In this document: positions 1-9,466 of the stretch, piece after piece
How the letters are laid out: the number at the start of each line of letters is the position of its first letter
How positions within the stretch are numbered: the first letter of the stretch is position 1
Translations under genes and position numbers: made by a program
DNA from: Candidatus Saccharimonadota bacterium
Lineage (GTDB): Bacteria; Pseudomonadota; Gammaproteobacteria; Enterobacterales; Enterobacteriaceae
Assembly (NCBI RefSeq): GCF_900128735.1
Contig: NZ_LT667503.1
Span: 60,001 to 92,000 of the forward strand
DNA length: 32,000 nt
Reading direction: 5' to 3'
Notes under the pieces: model-generated
The model's input: only the letters and a program-made list of their open reading frames with translations
The model's database searches: none
Told to the model about the DNA's origin: nothing

Positions 1-3
1 AAC

Positions 4-798
4 ATGAATAATTTTATTATACAATTTTTTTTGTTTTTTATAAATTTTCATATAATTTTAATTATGACAAGAATTTTTGCTTTTTTTAGTTTTTCTTCTT
101 TATTTAATAATAAAAATATTACTGCTCCAATAAAAATTTTATTTGTATATTTTATTGCTTTTTTTTTATCTCCTTTATTATCTTTTGGAGTAAAAGTTCA
201 ATTTAATCAAGAGTTATTTTTTTTGTTGATATATCAAATATTAGTAGGTATGATTTTAGGATTTTCTATTCAACTGGTTTTTGCGTCGATATATTTAACA
301 GGAGAAATTATTAGTTCGCAGATAGGATTATCATTTTCGATTTTTTTTGATTCTAATGAAAATAGTCAGTTTTTAGTTATATCACATTTTTTAAATATTT
401 TTTTATTTTTATTTTTTTATTTTTTTAACGGACATATTTGGATTATTAAGGTTTTAATAAAAAGTTTTAATGTTTTTCCTTTATTTCATCCTTATATAAG
501 TAAAAAGATGTTTTTTTCTTTGTTATATTTTTCGAATATTATTTTTTTTAGCGGTCTTTTTTTAAGTCTTCCAATTTTGTTTTTTTTATTAATTGTACAA
601 ATGAGTTTAGCTATATTAAATAAGATGATTCCACAAGTGTCATTATTTTCTGTTTTTTTTCCTGCTATTTTAATAATAGGTATTTTATTTTTAAAGTTTT
701 TTGTTATTTTTTTATTTCCTATTTTTTTTTCTTTTTTTAGTTATGTTTTAAAATATTTATTATTTTTAGAATCAAAAAAAAATTTTTATCTATATTAA
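4..798 (+). CDS. fliR: Flagellar type III export apparatus membrane protein FliR
   Basis: ORF of 264 aa starting at ATG 4. It is a polytopic hydrophobic protein with recognisable FliR blocks (QILVGMILGFSIQLVFASIYLTGEIISSQIGLSF, FNGHIWII, LAILNKMIPQVSLFSV). These are collinear with E. coli FliR (about 261 aa). Confidence 0.85.
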   Translation: MNNFIIQFFLFFINFHIILIMTRIFAFFSFSSLFNNKNITAPIKILFVYFIAFFLSPLLSFGVKVQFNQELFFLLIYQILVGMILGFSIQLVFASIYLTGEIISSQIGLSFSIFFDSNENSQFLVISHFLNIFLFLFFYFFNGHIWIIKVLIKSFNVFPLFHPYISKKMFFSLLYFSNIIFFSGLFLSLPILFFLLIVQMSLAILNKMIPQVSLFSVFFPAILIIGILFLKFFVIFLFPIFFSFFSYVLKYLLFLESKKNFYLY

Positions 799-868
799 AA
801 TTTTAAAATATAGAGATATTATATTTTTAATAAAAAATTTAGAAAAATGATTAATTAATATAAAAGAT

Positions 869-894
869 ATGGGGATCTTTTTATAGATCTCCAT
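869..894. terminator. Hairpin between convergent fliR and rpmG (candidate bidirectional terminator)
   Basis: atggggatct (869-878), loop ttttat, agatctccat (885-894): a 10-bp stem with one G-U pair. It is the only G+C-containing element in the 112-bp spacer. There is no clean U-tract directly after either arm, so the function is inferred from position only. Confidence 0.4.
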
Positions 895-910
895 AAATTT
901 AAATATTTTT

Positions 911-1078
911 TTATTTTATTTTTTTTTCTGTATATATGACATGTTTTTTAAGAATAGGATCGTATTTTTTTAATTGCAACTTATCGGGTTGATTTCTTTT
1001 ATTTTTTGTAGTTGTGTAATAATGTCCAGTTTTACCTGAAGATATTAATTTAATATTAATGCGATTATTTTTAGCCAT
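911..1078 (-). CDS. rpmG: 50S ribosomal protein L33
   Basis: Absent from the ORF track because it is under 60 aa. Hand translation of the minus strand from ATG 1078 to TAA (913-911) gives [55 protein letters not shown] (55 aa). This is collinear with E. coli L33 (…[26 protein letters not shown]…HVIYKEAKIK). It starts 3 nt after the rpmB stop. Confidence 0.92.
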   Translation of the reverse strand: MAKNNRINIKLISSGKTGHYYTTTKNKRNQPDKLQLKKYDPILKKHVIYTEKKIK

Positions 1079-1081
1079 TGT

Positions 1082-1315
1082 TTATCTCTTTTTTTTAGTA
1101 ATATATTTTTGATATGTTTCTTTAATGCCTAATTTATTAATTATGCGCAATCCTTTTGTTGAAATTCTAATTTTAATAAATTTTTTTTCTTGAGGTATCC
1201 AAAATCGATGATATTGTAAATTAATACAAAATTTTCTTTTTGTTGCATTCATAGCATGTGATCTACGGTTTCCAAAAACTGATTTTCTTTTTGTAATTTG
1301 ACATATTTTTGCCAT
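1082..1315 (-). CDS. rpmB: 50S ribosomal protein L28
   Basis: ORF of 77 aa, [46 protein letters not shown]…, collinear with E. coli L28 ([39 protein letters not shown]…). ATG start at 1315. It forms the rpmB-rpmG operon pair. Confidence 0.95.
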   Translation of the reverse strand: MAKICQITKRKSVFGNRRSHAMNATKRKFCINLQYHRFWIPQEKKFIKIRISTKGLRIINKLGIKETYQKYITKKKR

Positions 1316-1383
1316 ATAATTTTTTTCCTAGAATAAGATTACATTAATGAATTTTAAATTAATTAATTAATGATGATATTTTT

Positions 1384-1923
1384 TTAGTTTATTTTTTTTT
1401 TATTTTTTTCATAAGCGTATAAAATTTCATTTTGTGCATTTTGAGCGCTTTTCCAACCTTGAATCTTTACCCATTTTTTATTTTCTAGAGATTTATAATT
1501 TTCAAAAAAATATAGTATTTGTTTTTTGAGGAGCTGCGGCAAATATTCAATATCTTTAATATGTTGATATTCTTTTGTAATTGATTTATGTGGAACTGCT
1601 ATAATTTTTATATCCTTTCCTTTTTCGTCTTCCATTTCTAACATACCAATAGGTTTGCATCTTATAACAGCTTTTGATTGGATAGGATAAGGTGTTGGAA
1701 TCATAATATCTAAAGGATCGCCATCTGAACCTAAAGTATTATTGATAAAACCATAATTACATGGATAAAACATAGGGGTCGCTATAAATCGATCTACAAA
1801 AAGAGCGTTATAATTTTTATTTATTTCATATTTTACGGGACTAGAAAAAGCTGGAATTTCAATAATTCCATATATATCATATGGAATTTTTTTTCCTATT
1901 GGAATATTTTGAAAATTATTCAT
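1384..1923 (-). CDS. ppa: Inorganic pyrophosphatase
   Basis: ORF of 179 aa with motifs IEIPA…PVKYEI…ALFVDRF…MFYPCNYGFI…DGDPLD…VIRCKPIG. It matches E. coli Ppa (176 aa) over its full length. Confidence 0.95.
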   Translation of the reverse strand: MNNFQNIPIGKKIPYDIYGIIEIPAFSSPVKYEINKNYNALFVDRFIATPMFYPCNYGFINNTLGSDGDPLDIMIPTPYPIQSKAVIRCKPIGMLEMEDEKGKDIKIIAVPHKSITKEYQHIKDIEYLPQLLKKQILYFFENYKSLENKKWVKIQGWKSAQNAQNEILYAYEKNKKKIN

Positions 1924-2235
1924 ATAATTTTTCCTTGAATAAAAAGAGATTAATATAAAATAAGGTAAACATATTTTTTATAGATTTTATAAAATTAAAA
2001 ATAAAATACTTTTTAAAATTTTTTTGATATTTTTATATATTATTTTTTTTGTAAAAATATTATATTATTCATAGTAATTATTATATAGTAGATAGGTGCT
2101 GAATATTTTTTTATAAAATTTTATATTTATATATATAAAAACTTTTTTTCTTTTTATTTTTTTAAAAAGTAATAAATTATATCATTTTTTTTATGAAAAT
2201 ATTTTTTATTTTATATTTTGAAAAGGATAACTGAA

Positions 2236-3582
2236 ATGTTATTGTTTGATGAAGTAAAAGATTGTGAAAAGAAATTTTTGGAATTATTAACAAGTTCTTT
2301 ATTTTATTTAAAAAAAAAAAATCTTCATGGCAGTATTGAATTAAATAAAATGTATGGTTTTTTTGTATCTAGTCGATATAAAAATATTGATAAAATTGAA
2401 TCATATAATAATGTAACTTGTCTTGTTACTATATATAATCATGGTCGAAAAGCATCTGTTTTATTTAATAATGTGAAGATTTCTAATATTTATAAAGCTA
2501 TTGATAAAGCTATAAATATTTCTAAATATACTGATCGAGATATTTATTCTACATTACCTAAAAGAAATTTATTGTTTAATAATAAAAAAACTTTAAATTT
2601 ATTTTTTCCCTGGTCTTATAATTTTAATACGATTGTTAATTTATTAAATGTGGTTGAAAATAGTGCTTTAGAATTTGATTCAAAGATTACCAATACAGAA
2701 GGAGCTACATTTGATAGTTCCATTACGTTAAAATATTTAGGTAATACTTATGACTGGTTAGGTTTTTATCGTTCTACATATAATTATTTATCTCATTGTG
2801 CCGTTGCTAGTAATAAAACTTCAATGGAAAGAGATTTTGTTCATTCTATAGCTCGTGATTTTTATGATTTAAAATCACCTGAATTTATCGGAAGAGAAAG
2901 TGCTAGAAAAAGTATTTTGAAATTAAATGCAAAAAAAATAAAAACTCAACGTATTCCGGTTATATTTGCTTCTGATATCGCTGCAGGATTGTTTAAATAT
3001 TTAATTTCGGCATTAAATGGTCATGCTATTTATAAAAAAACAACATTTTTATTAGATTATTTTAAGAAAAAAATTTTCCCTGAATGGTTAAATATTTTTG
3101 AAGATCCTTTTTTAGAAAAAGGTTTATTTTCTCAGTTGTTCGATCATGAAGGAGTAGCTACTACGCAAAAAAAAATTATTAATCGAGGTTGTATAGAGAC
3201 ATGGTTATTAGATACATATTCAGGAAATCAATTAAAATACGATAGTACTGGTCATGCCGGTGGCACTTATAACTGGTTAGTAAATAGTTCTAAACCAGTG
3301 ATAAAATATCCATTTCTTTTTAAGGAAATATATAACGGTTTATTAATAACAGAGTTATTTGGTAATGGTGTTAATATAATGACAGGAGATTATTCAAGAG
3401 GCGCTTGTGGTTTTTGGATTAGACAAGGAAAAATTGATTATGCAGTGAGTGAGATTACAATTTCAGGAAATTTAATCGATATTTGGAGAAATATTATTAC
3501 ATTATCTGATGATGTAAAAAAAGATAACAGAATTCTTTGTTCTTCTATTCTAGTAGAAAATATACAAGTTTCAGGTAAGTAA
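2236..3582 (+). CDS. pmbA: Metalloprotease PmbA/TldE
   Basis: The ORF track starts at TTG 2218 (454 aa). I prefer ATG 2236 (448 aa) because AAGGA lies at 2223-2227, 8 nt upstream. Collinear with E. coli PmbA (about 450 aa): …VSSRYKNIDKIESYN…IYNHGRKAS…, and the C-terminal GDYSRGACGFWIRQGKI…EITISGNL. Confidence 0.85.
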   Translation: MLLFDEVKDCEKKFLELLTSSLFYLKKKNLHGSIELNKMYGFFVSSRYKNIDKIESYNNVTCLVTIYNHGRKASVLFNNVKISNIYKAIDKAINISKYTDRDIYSTLPKRNLLFNNKKTLNLFFPWSYNFNTIVNLLNVVENSALEFDSKITNTEGATFDSSITLKYLGNTYDWLGFYRSTYNYLSHCAVASNKTSMERDFVHSIARDFYDLKSPEFIGRESARKSILKLNAKKIKTQRIPVIFASDIAAGLFKYLISALNGHAIYKKTTFLLDYFKKKIFPEWLNIFEDPFLEKGLFSQLFDHEGVATTQKKIINRGCIETWLLDTYSGNQLKYDSTGHAGGTYNWLVNSSKPVIKYPFLFKEIYNGLLITELFGNGVNIMTGDYSRGACGFWIRQGKIDYAVSEITISGNLIDIWRNIITLSDDVKKDNRILCSSILVENIQVSGK

Positions 3583-3617
3583 TATTATTACAATAATTCT
3601 ATAAATTTTTAGAACAA

Positions 3618-4014
3618 TCAAGAAGTTGATCGATAAGCCGGGTTCTGTCATGAACAGTCATTTATCTAGATTAATAATCACTTATTAATTCAAGCAGCTT
3701 ACCCGGGAATATATGGGCTTTATTTGATCCCTGTTTAGCCTTGCTCCAGGTGGAGTTTGCAGTGCCAAAATTGTCTCCAACTTTGCGGTGCGCTCTTACC
3801 GCACCTTTTCACCTTGACCTATTTTATTATTTATAATTTCTTCTTAAAAATTTTTATTAGAAAATATAATATAATATAATGAGGCAGTTTTTTTTCTGTT
3901 GCACTAGTCGTAAGATTATTCTTCCCAGGTGTTACCTGGCACCTTTGCCCTATGGAGCCCGGACTTTCCTCTGTTATTATGATTAATTGTAACAGCGACT
4001 GTTTGATCAACTTC
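3618..4014 (-). ncRNA. rnpB: RNase P RNA (type A), M1 RNA
   Basis: The minus strand reads GAAGTTGATCAAACAGTCGCTG…AGAGGAAAGTCCGGGCTCCATAGGGCAAAGGTGCCAGGTAACACCTGGG…AGTGCAACAGA…GGTGAAAAGGTGCGGTAAGAGCGCACCGC…AACTCCACCTGGAGCAAGGCTAAACAGGG…ACAGAACCCGGCTTATCGATCAACTTC. All conserved bacterial RNase P RNA blocks are present. The 5' and 3' ends are complementary (P1). The 5' end is set at GAAG (4014); the 3' end is approximate, +/-5 nt. Confidence 0.92.
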
Positions 4015-4867
4015 ATTGATTTGGTTCTGGACGATTATATTGTACATGGAATTTTTTTTAATTCTATATATTTTTGAAATTATTTTTATAGCAGTTTTTG
4101 TGGACATTACGTTTTTTAATATATAAAATGTTTTATTTATTTTTTTTATGATTTGAGCTTTATTTTTTTCTTTATTACCGTCTATTATAATTACAATTTC
4201 ACCTTTTCTATATTTTGGATTTCCTTGAATCATTTGAAGAATTTTTTTTGCTGTTCCGGTATAAATATTTTCCCATACTTTAGTTAGTTCTTTGGCAATA
4301 GTTAAAATACGTGTGGATCCCATTTCACTCTCAATATATTGAATTGTTTTTTTTAGTCTTTGAGGGGACTCATAAAGAATTATTGTTCTTTTTTCATTTT
4401 TTAAATTATTGAGTTGATTTTTTCTTTTTTTATTTTTATTAGATAAAAATCCTTCATAACAAAATTTATTTATATTTAGTCCGGATACACTTAAAGCTGT
4501 AATAGCTGCGCATGCTCCAGGTAAAGGTACAATGCGAATTTTTTTTTTATATGCGTTTTGGACAAGAAAATTTCCTGGATCATTAATTAATGGCGTTCCC
4601 GCGTTGGAAACTAAAGCTAAATTTTTTCCATTGATTAAGATTTCAAGATATTCTCGAGTTTTTTTTTTTCATTATGAATATTTAATAATAACAATTTGGA
4701 GTTTATGGAATAATGTTTTAACAAACATAAAGTATGCTGAATATTTTCACAAAGAATATAATGAACATTCTTTAATATATTTACTGCTCGATAAGTAATA
4801 TCTAAAAGATTTCCAATAGGTGTTGGTACAATATATAATATTCCAAGAGAGTTTTTTTTTTATACAT
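3916..4867 (-). pseudogene. rsmI: 16S rRNA (C1402 2'-O)-methyltransferase RsmI/YraL, interrupted by two poly(A) frameshifts and lacking its own stop codon
   Basis: Three collinear pieces lie in three frames. (1) ATG 4867 + TAT + A10. (2) …NSLGILYIVPTPIGNLLDITYRAVNILKNVHYILCENIQHT…IHNEKKK, up to the A11 run at 4659-4669. (3) TREYLEILINGKNLALVSNAGTPLINDPGNFLV…PLPGACAAITALSVSGLN…ILYESPQRL…, continuous with ORF 3916..4323 (MGSTRILTIAKELTKVWE…GEIVIIIDG…IKKNSMYN…). The RsmI family assignment is secure. Whether the gene is dead, mis-assembled or rescued by slippage cannot be decided from the sequence. Confidence 0.7.
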
Positions 4868-5122
4868 AATTTTTAACCATGTTATTGTTATAAATTTTTC
4901 TTCATATTTTATTTTTTTTGATTTAAAATATTTTTATTTATAGTTTATTTTAAAAATAATATTAAGAAGTGTATTTTAATAAAATTGTTTTTTATAATTA
5001 AAAAACATATATAATATATATATAATTAATACATATACATATTATATGATAATTTTTTAGATATACAAAATAAAAATTAATTATTTTAAAGATATTATAT
5101 AATCATTAAGAGATAAAAATCT

Positions 5123-6346
5123 TTGAAAAGAATAGTTATTACAGGGTTAGGTATCATTTCAAGTATTGGAAATTCTAAAAGTGATATTATATCCGCTTTA
5201 AAAAATGGTGTTTCAGGAATTTCATTTTCAAATAATATGAAAAATTTTGGTTTACGTAGTAATGTCTGGGGTAATTTAAATATTGATATTTATAAACGAT
5301 CATTACCCCCAAAAAGTTTTTTAAGATTTATGAATGATGCTTCTTATTATGCTTATTGGTCGATGAAAAATGCTATTCAAGATAGTAAGTTAACACCTAA
5401 TATATATTCAAAAAATCCTCGAATAGGTCTGGTAGTTGGATCAGGGAGTGGATCGCCTAAAGTTTTAACCACAATGTTTAATTTAATAAAAAGTCACAAG
5501 AACCCTAAAAAAATAGGACCATTTACCATTATTAAAAATATGACATCTTCTGTTTCAGCAGTATTAGGTGTAATTTTTAAAATTTATGGAGTTAATTATT
5601 CAATTAATTCTGCATGTGCAACTTCTGCGAATTGCATTGGACATGCAGTAGATTTAATTTTATCAGGAAAACAAGATATTGTTTTTGCTGGTGGTAGTGA
5701 AGAACTAAGTGTAGAATTAGCTTGTCAATTTGATGCGATGCGAGTATTATCAACAAAATTTAATGATAATCCAAAACTTTCCTCTAGAGCTTTTGATATT
5801 AATCGTGATGGATTTGTAATTTCAGGTGGAAGCGGTATTATTGTTGTAGAAGAATTAAATTTTGCTTTAGCTCGTAAAGCAAAAATATATGCTGAAATTA
5901 TTGGTTATGGTTCAACATGTGATGGAAGTAGTATTTTTGAGCCTTCTGGTGATGGTACTGAACGTGCTATGCAATCTGCTTTACAAGGATTAGAGGTATC
6001 AATAGATTATTTAAATGCACATGGAACTTCTACTAAAATAGGCGATTTAAAAGAACTAAAAGCTATAAAAAACGTTTTCTCTAAAAATATTCCTTGGATA
6101 TCTTCTACAAAGTCAATTACTGGTCATTCATTAGGCGCTGCAGGAGTTCATGAGATTATTTATATATTATTAATGTTAACTGATAACTTTATTGCTCCCA
6201 GCATTAATATAGTTCATTTAGATCCATTAGCATATAATATGAATATTGTTAGAAAATGTATTCAAAAAAATTTTTCTGTAGCAATGTCTAATAGTTTTGG
6301 TTTTGGTGGAATCAATGTGAGTTTAGTATTGAAAAAATATACTTGA
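5123..6346 (+). CDS. fabB: 3-oxoacyl-ACP synthase I (KAS I)
   Basis: ORF of 407 aa, MKRIVITGLGIISSIGN…, collinear with E. coli FabB (406 aa, MKRAVITGLGIVSSIGN…). Catalytic Cys (NSACATS), HGTST and GHSLGAAG motifs are present. TTG start at 5123; the next in-frame Met is residue 39, inside the conserved fold. Confidence 0.95.
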   Translation: MKRIVITGLGIISSIGNSKSDIISALKNGVSGISFSNNMKNFGLRSNVWGNLNIDIYKRSLPPKSFLRFMNDASYYAYWSMKNAIQDSKLTPNIYSKNPRIGLVVGSGSGSPKVLTTMFNLIKSHKNPKKIGPFTIIKNMTSSVSAVLGVIFKIYGVNYSINSACATSANCIGHAVDLILSGKQDIVFAGGSEELSVELACQFDAMRVLSTKFNDNPKLSSRAFDINRDGFVISGGSGIIVVEELNFALARKAKIYAEIIGYGSTCDGSSIFEPSGDGTERAMQSALQGLEVSIDYLNAHGTSTKIGDLKELKAIKNVFSKNIPWISSTKSITGHSLGAAGVHEIIYILLMLTDNFIAPSINIVHLDPLAYNMNIVRKCIQKNFSVAMSNSFGFGGINVSLVLKKYT

Positions 6347-6450
6347 TAGATTTTTTCTTATTTTTTTCTTATTTATTTTTTTATTTTTTTCTTTGTTGAA
6401 TATTGAATATTTTTTTGTTTTTTTATCTAATATTTTTAAAAAGAGGATAT

Positions 6451-7407
6451 ATGGATCAATTAGAAGTATTAAAAAAATTTACTATAGTTTCGGTAGATAG
6501 TGGAGATATAAAATTAATTCATAAATATAAACCTAGTGATGCCACTACTAATCCTTCGATTATTTTAAATAATGTATTGTCTAATAAATATAATCAACTT
6601 GTTGAAAAATCTATTATATACGCTAAAAAAATAGGTGGTTCTATAGAGCAAAGAGTAATTAATGCTACAGATATGATATCAGTAATTTTTGGTTTTGAAA
6701 TATTAAAAAACATACCGGGATATATCTCAACAGAAATAGATGCAAAGTTATCATTTAATATAGATTTATGTATTAAAAAAGCAGTTAAAATAGTAAATTT
6801 ATATAATACTTTAGGAATAGATAAATCGCGTATTTTAATAAAGTTAGCAGCTACTTGGGAAGGTATTCAGGCTGCTAAAACTTTACAGGAAATGGGTATT
6901 CTTTGTAATCTAACTTTATTATTTTCTTTTGCACAAGCGCAAGCGTGCGCTGATGCTCAAGTTTTTTTAATTTCACCATTTGTAGGGCGTATTTATGATT
7001 GGTATAATAAAAAAAATCAGGTAAAAATTTATAAAGCTAGTGAAGATCCAGGTATCATGGCTATAAAAAAAATTTTTTATCATTATAAAAAATATGGATA
7101 TAAAACTATTATTATGGGAGCAAGTTTTCGTAGAATAGAACAAATTATAGAGTTAGCTGGATGTGATCGATTAACAATATCCCCGGTATTATTATTAGAA
7201 TTACAAAAATATACGACGCAAATAGATAGAAAATTAGATAGTCAACTGATTAAAAAAAGTTACATGCTACCTAATGTATTATCTGAAGCAGAATTTCGTT
7301 GGTTACATAATCAAGATCCTATGGCTGTTGAAAAATTATCTGAGGGCATTTGTCAGTTTAATAGCGATCAAGAGAAATTAGAAATTTTTCTATCAAAAAA
7401 AATTTAA
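6451..7407 (+). CDS. tal: Transaldolase
   Basis: The ORF track starts at 6403, but alignment with E. coli TalB ([21 protein letters not shown]…) and an AAGAGGA box at 6441-6447 support ATG 6451 (318 aa). Motifs DATTNPS, ISTEIDA, ILIKLAATWEGI (Schiff-base Lys) and FLISPFVGRI are present. Confidence 0.93.
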   Translation: MDQLEVLKKFTIVSVDSGDIKLIHKYKPSDATTNPSIILNNVLSNKYNQLVEKSIIYAKKIGGSIEQRVINATDMISVIFGFEILKNIPGYISTEIDAKLSFNIDLCIKKAVKIVNLYNTLGIDKSRILIKLAATWEGIQAAKTLQEMGILCNLTLLFSFAQAQACADAQVFLISPFVGRIYDWYNKKNQVKIYKASEDPGIMAIKKIFYHYKKYGYKTIIMGASFRRIEQIIELAGCDRLTISPVLLLELQKYTTQIDRKLDSQLIKKSYMLPNVLSEAEFRWLHNQDPMAVEKLSEGICQFNSDQEKLEIFLSKKI

Positions 7408-7465
7408 GTGATTGATGATATGAATTTTAAAATTTTTTTTATAAATTACCTTTAAGGGATTATAT

Positions 7466-9466
7466 ATGTTATGTCGTAAACAATTATCTAATGCAATACG
7501 AATGCTAAGTATTGATGCAATTCAAAAAGCAAAATCTGGTCATCCCGGAGCCCCAATGGGTATGGCGGATATTGCAGAGGTTCTTTGGCGTGATTTTTTA
7601 AAACATAATCCAGAAAATCCTTCCTGGTCAAATCGTGATCGTTTTATATTGTCTAATGGGCATGCATCAATGTTGTTGTATAGTTTATTACATTTATCAG
7701 GTTATAACGTAACCATAGATGATATTAAAAAATTTAGACAGTGCCATTCGAAAACTCCTGGACATCCTGAAATACATTGTACACCAGGTGTAGAAATAAC
7801 TACCGGTCCATTAGGACAAGGTTTAGCTTCCGGAGTCGGTATGGCTATTGCGGAAAAAATATTATCTGTATATTTTAATAAAAAAAATTTTTCTATTGTT
7901 GATAATTATACATGGGTTTTTGTAGGAGACGGCTGCTTGATGGAAGGAATTTCTCATGAAGCCTGTTCTTTAGCAGGTACATTAGAGCTAGGAAAATTAA
8001 TTATTTTCTATGATAAAAACGGAATTTCAATTGATGGTAATGTATCTAATTGGTTTACTGATGATACTATTAAACGTTTTAAATCATATAATTGGCACGT
8101 TATTGAAATAGATGGACACAATACAGAAGAAATTTCAAAAGCAATCAAAAAATCTAAGAAAAATATTTTACAGCCTTCAATGATTATATGTAATACTACT
8201 ATCGGTTTTGGTTCTCCAAATAAAGAAGGTACAGCAAGTGTACATGGGGCTCCTTTAGGTGAAGAAGAAATATTATTAACACGAAAAAAATTGAATTGGA
8301 AATATCCTTCTTTTTTTATTCCTCAAAAAGTATATAATGCTTGGAGCGCTAAGTTTAAAGGTAAAAAAGATGAAGAAAATTGGAATAAAATTTTTAAAAA
8401 ATATTCTATTATATATCCTGATTTAGCAAAAGAATATTTACGTCGTTTGAAAGGGATTTTACCTTCTTGCTTGGATTCAGAAATGAAAAAATTTTTAAAT
8501 TCTTTGAAAACACCTTTAAATCATATTTCTACTAGACAAGCATCAAAAAATACTATTGAACTTTTAGGAAATATTGTTCCGGAATTATTAGGTGGATCTG
8601 CAGATTTAGCGCCAAGTAATTTAACAATGTGGTCTGGTTCAAAATCTATTAAAAATAATTTTTCTGGTAATTATATACATTATGGTGTTCGTGAATTTGG
8701 AATGACATCTATTGCTAATGGTATTTTTCATTTTGGTCTTTTTATTCCTTATTCAGCTACTTTTTTAGTTTTTGTTGATTATGCGCGAAATGCTGTGCGT
8801 ATGGCTGCATTAATGAAAACACATCATATTTTTGTTTATACACATGATTCTATTGGTGTAGGAGAAGATGGTCCAACACATCAACCTATCGAACATATTA
8901 CTAGTTTAAGACAAACTCCGAATTTAAGTGTTTGGAGACCTTGTGATGCTCTTGAAACAGCAATATCTTGGCATGTTGCTTTAAAAAGAAAATCAGGACC
9001 TACAGCATTAATTTTATCACGACAAAATCTTCCTCAATTTTCTCGTACGACAGAACAAATCAAAAATATATATAAAGGCGGCTATATTATTAGAGAATTT
9101 GGTAAAAAGATTGATCTGATTATTATTTCTACAGGTTCGGAGGTACAATTAGCTATTAATGTGGCAAAACGATTATATGAAGAAAGTTATGGTGTTCGTG
9201 TTATATCTATGGTGTCGACTGATTTTTTTGATAGTCAATCTTTTGCATATCAAGAATCCATATTACCTCAAAATATTACAAAAAGAGTTTCTATTGAGGC
9301 GGGATTAACTAATTTTTGGTATAAATATGTAGGGGGTTTAAATAGTTTGAGGTTTGGTATCGATACATTTGGTGAATCTGGATCTAGTCATGATTTGTTT
9401 GATTTTTTTGGTTTAACAGAAGAAAAAATATTTTTAAGTATAAAAAAAAATTTATTTAAAAGATAA
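7466..9466 (+). CDS. tkt: Transketolase
   Basis: ORF of 666 aa, [41 protein letters not shown]…, near-collinear with E. coli TktA (663 aa). AAGGGA box upstream. I cannot tell the tktA and tktB flavours apart. Confidence 0.96.
   Translation: MLCRKQLSNAIRMLSIDAIQKAKSGHPGAPMGMADIAEVLWRDFLKHNPENPSWSNRDRFILSNGHASMLLYSLLHLSGYNVTIDDIKKFRQCHSKTPGHPEIHCTPGVEITTGPLGQGLASGVGMAIAEKILSVYFNKKNFSIVDNYTWVFVGDGCLMEGISHEACSLAGTLELGKLIIFYDKNGISIDGNVSNWFTDDTIKRFKSYNWHVIEIDGHNTEEISKAIKKSKKNILQPSMIICNTTIGFGSPNKEGTASVHGAPLGEEEILLTRKKLNWKYPSFFIPQKVYNAWSAKFKGKKDEENWNKIFKKYSIIYPDLAKEYLRRLKGILPSCLDSEMKKFLNSLKTPLNHISTRQASKNTIELLGNIVPELLGGSADLAPSNLTMWSGSKSIKNNFSGNYIHYGVREFGMTSIANGIFHFGLFIPYSATFLVFVDYARNAVRMAALMKTHHIFVYTHDSIGVGEDGPTHQPIEHITSLRQTPNLSVWRPCDALETAISWHVALKRKSGPTALILSRQNLPQFSRTTEQIKNIYKGGYIIREFGKKIDLIIISTGSEVQLAINVAKRLYEESYGVRVISMVSTDFFDSQSFAYQESILPQNITKRVSIEAGLTNFWYKYVGGLNSLRFGIDTFGESGSSHDLFDFFGLTEEKIFLSIKKNLFKR

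Noticed and set aside
2193-2234. A 13-codon upstream ORF (ATG 2193 to TGA 2232-2234) overlapping the pmbA start region.
   Set aside because: It is out of frame with pmbA, has no SD, and is made of A/T-rich codons. It is likely fortuitous.
3831-4016. A 61-aa ORF on the minus strand (MKLIKQSLLQLIIITEESPGSIGQRCQ…).
   Set aside because: It is entirely inside rnpB. Its conserved-looking stretch is simply a translation of the GAGGAAAGTCCGGGCTCC core of RNase P RNA.
4532-4798. An 88-aa ORF on the + strand (MRIFFLYAFWTRKFPGSL…).
   Set aside because: It lies exactly antisense to the conserved middle of rsmI, whose minus-strand translation matches RsmI residue for residue. It has no ribosome-binding site and no recognisable family, so it is a shadow ORF.
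5006-5050. A TA/CATA-rich low-complexity tract (catatataatatatatataattaatacatatacatattatatgat) in the rsmI-fabB divergent spacer.
   Set aside because: It is an imperfect simple-sequence tract with no defined unit or copy structure, consistent with A+T-rich promoter spacer DNA.
6403-6450. N-terminal extensions suggested by the ORF track: tal from 6403, aroC from 13283, smrB from 13542, hisB from 17583 and pmbA from 2218.
   Set aside because: Homologous N-termini and Shine-Dalgarno boxes point to the internal ATGs (6451, 13262, 13557, 17640, 2236). The extensions are hydrophobic or A/T-driven junk, or overlap the upstream gene.
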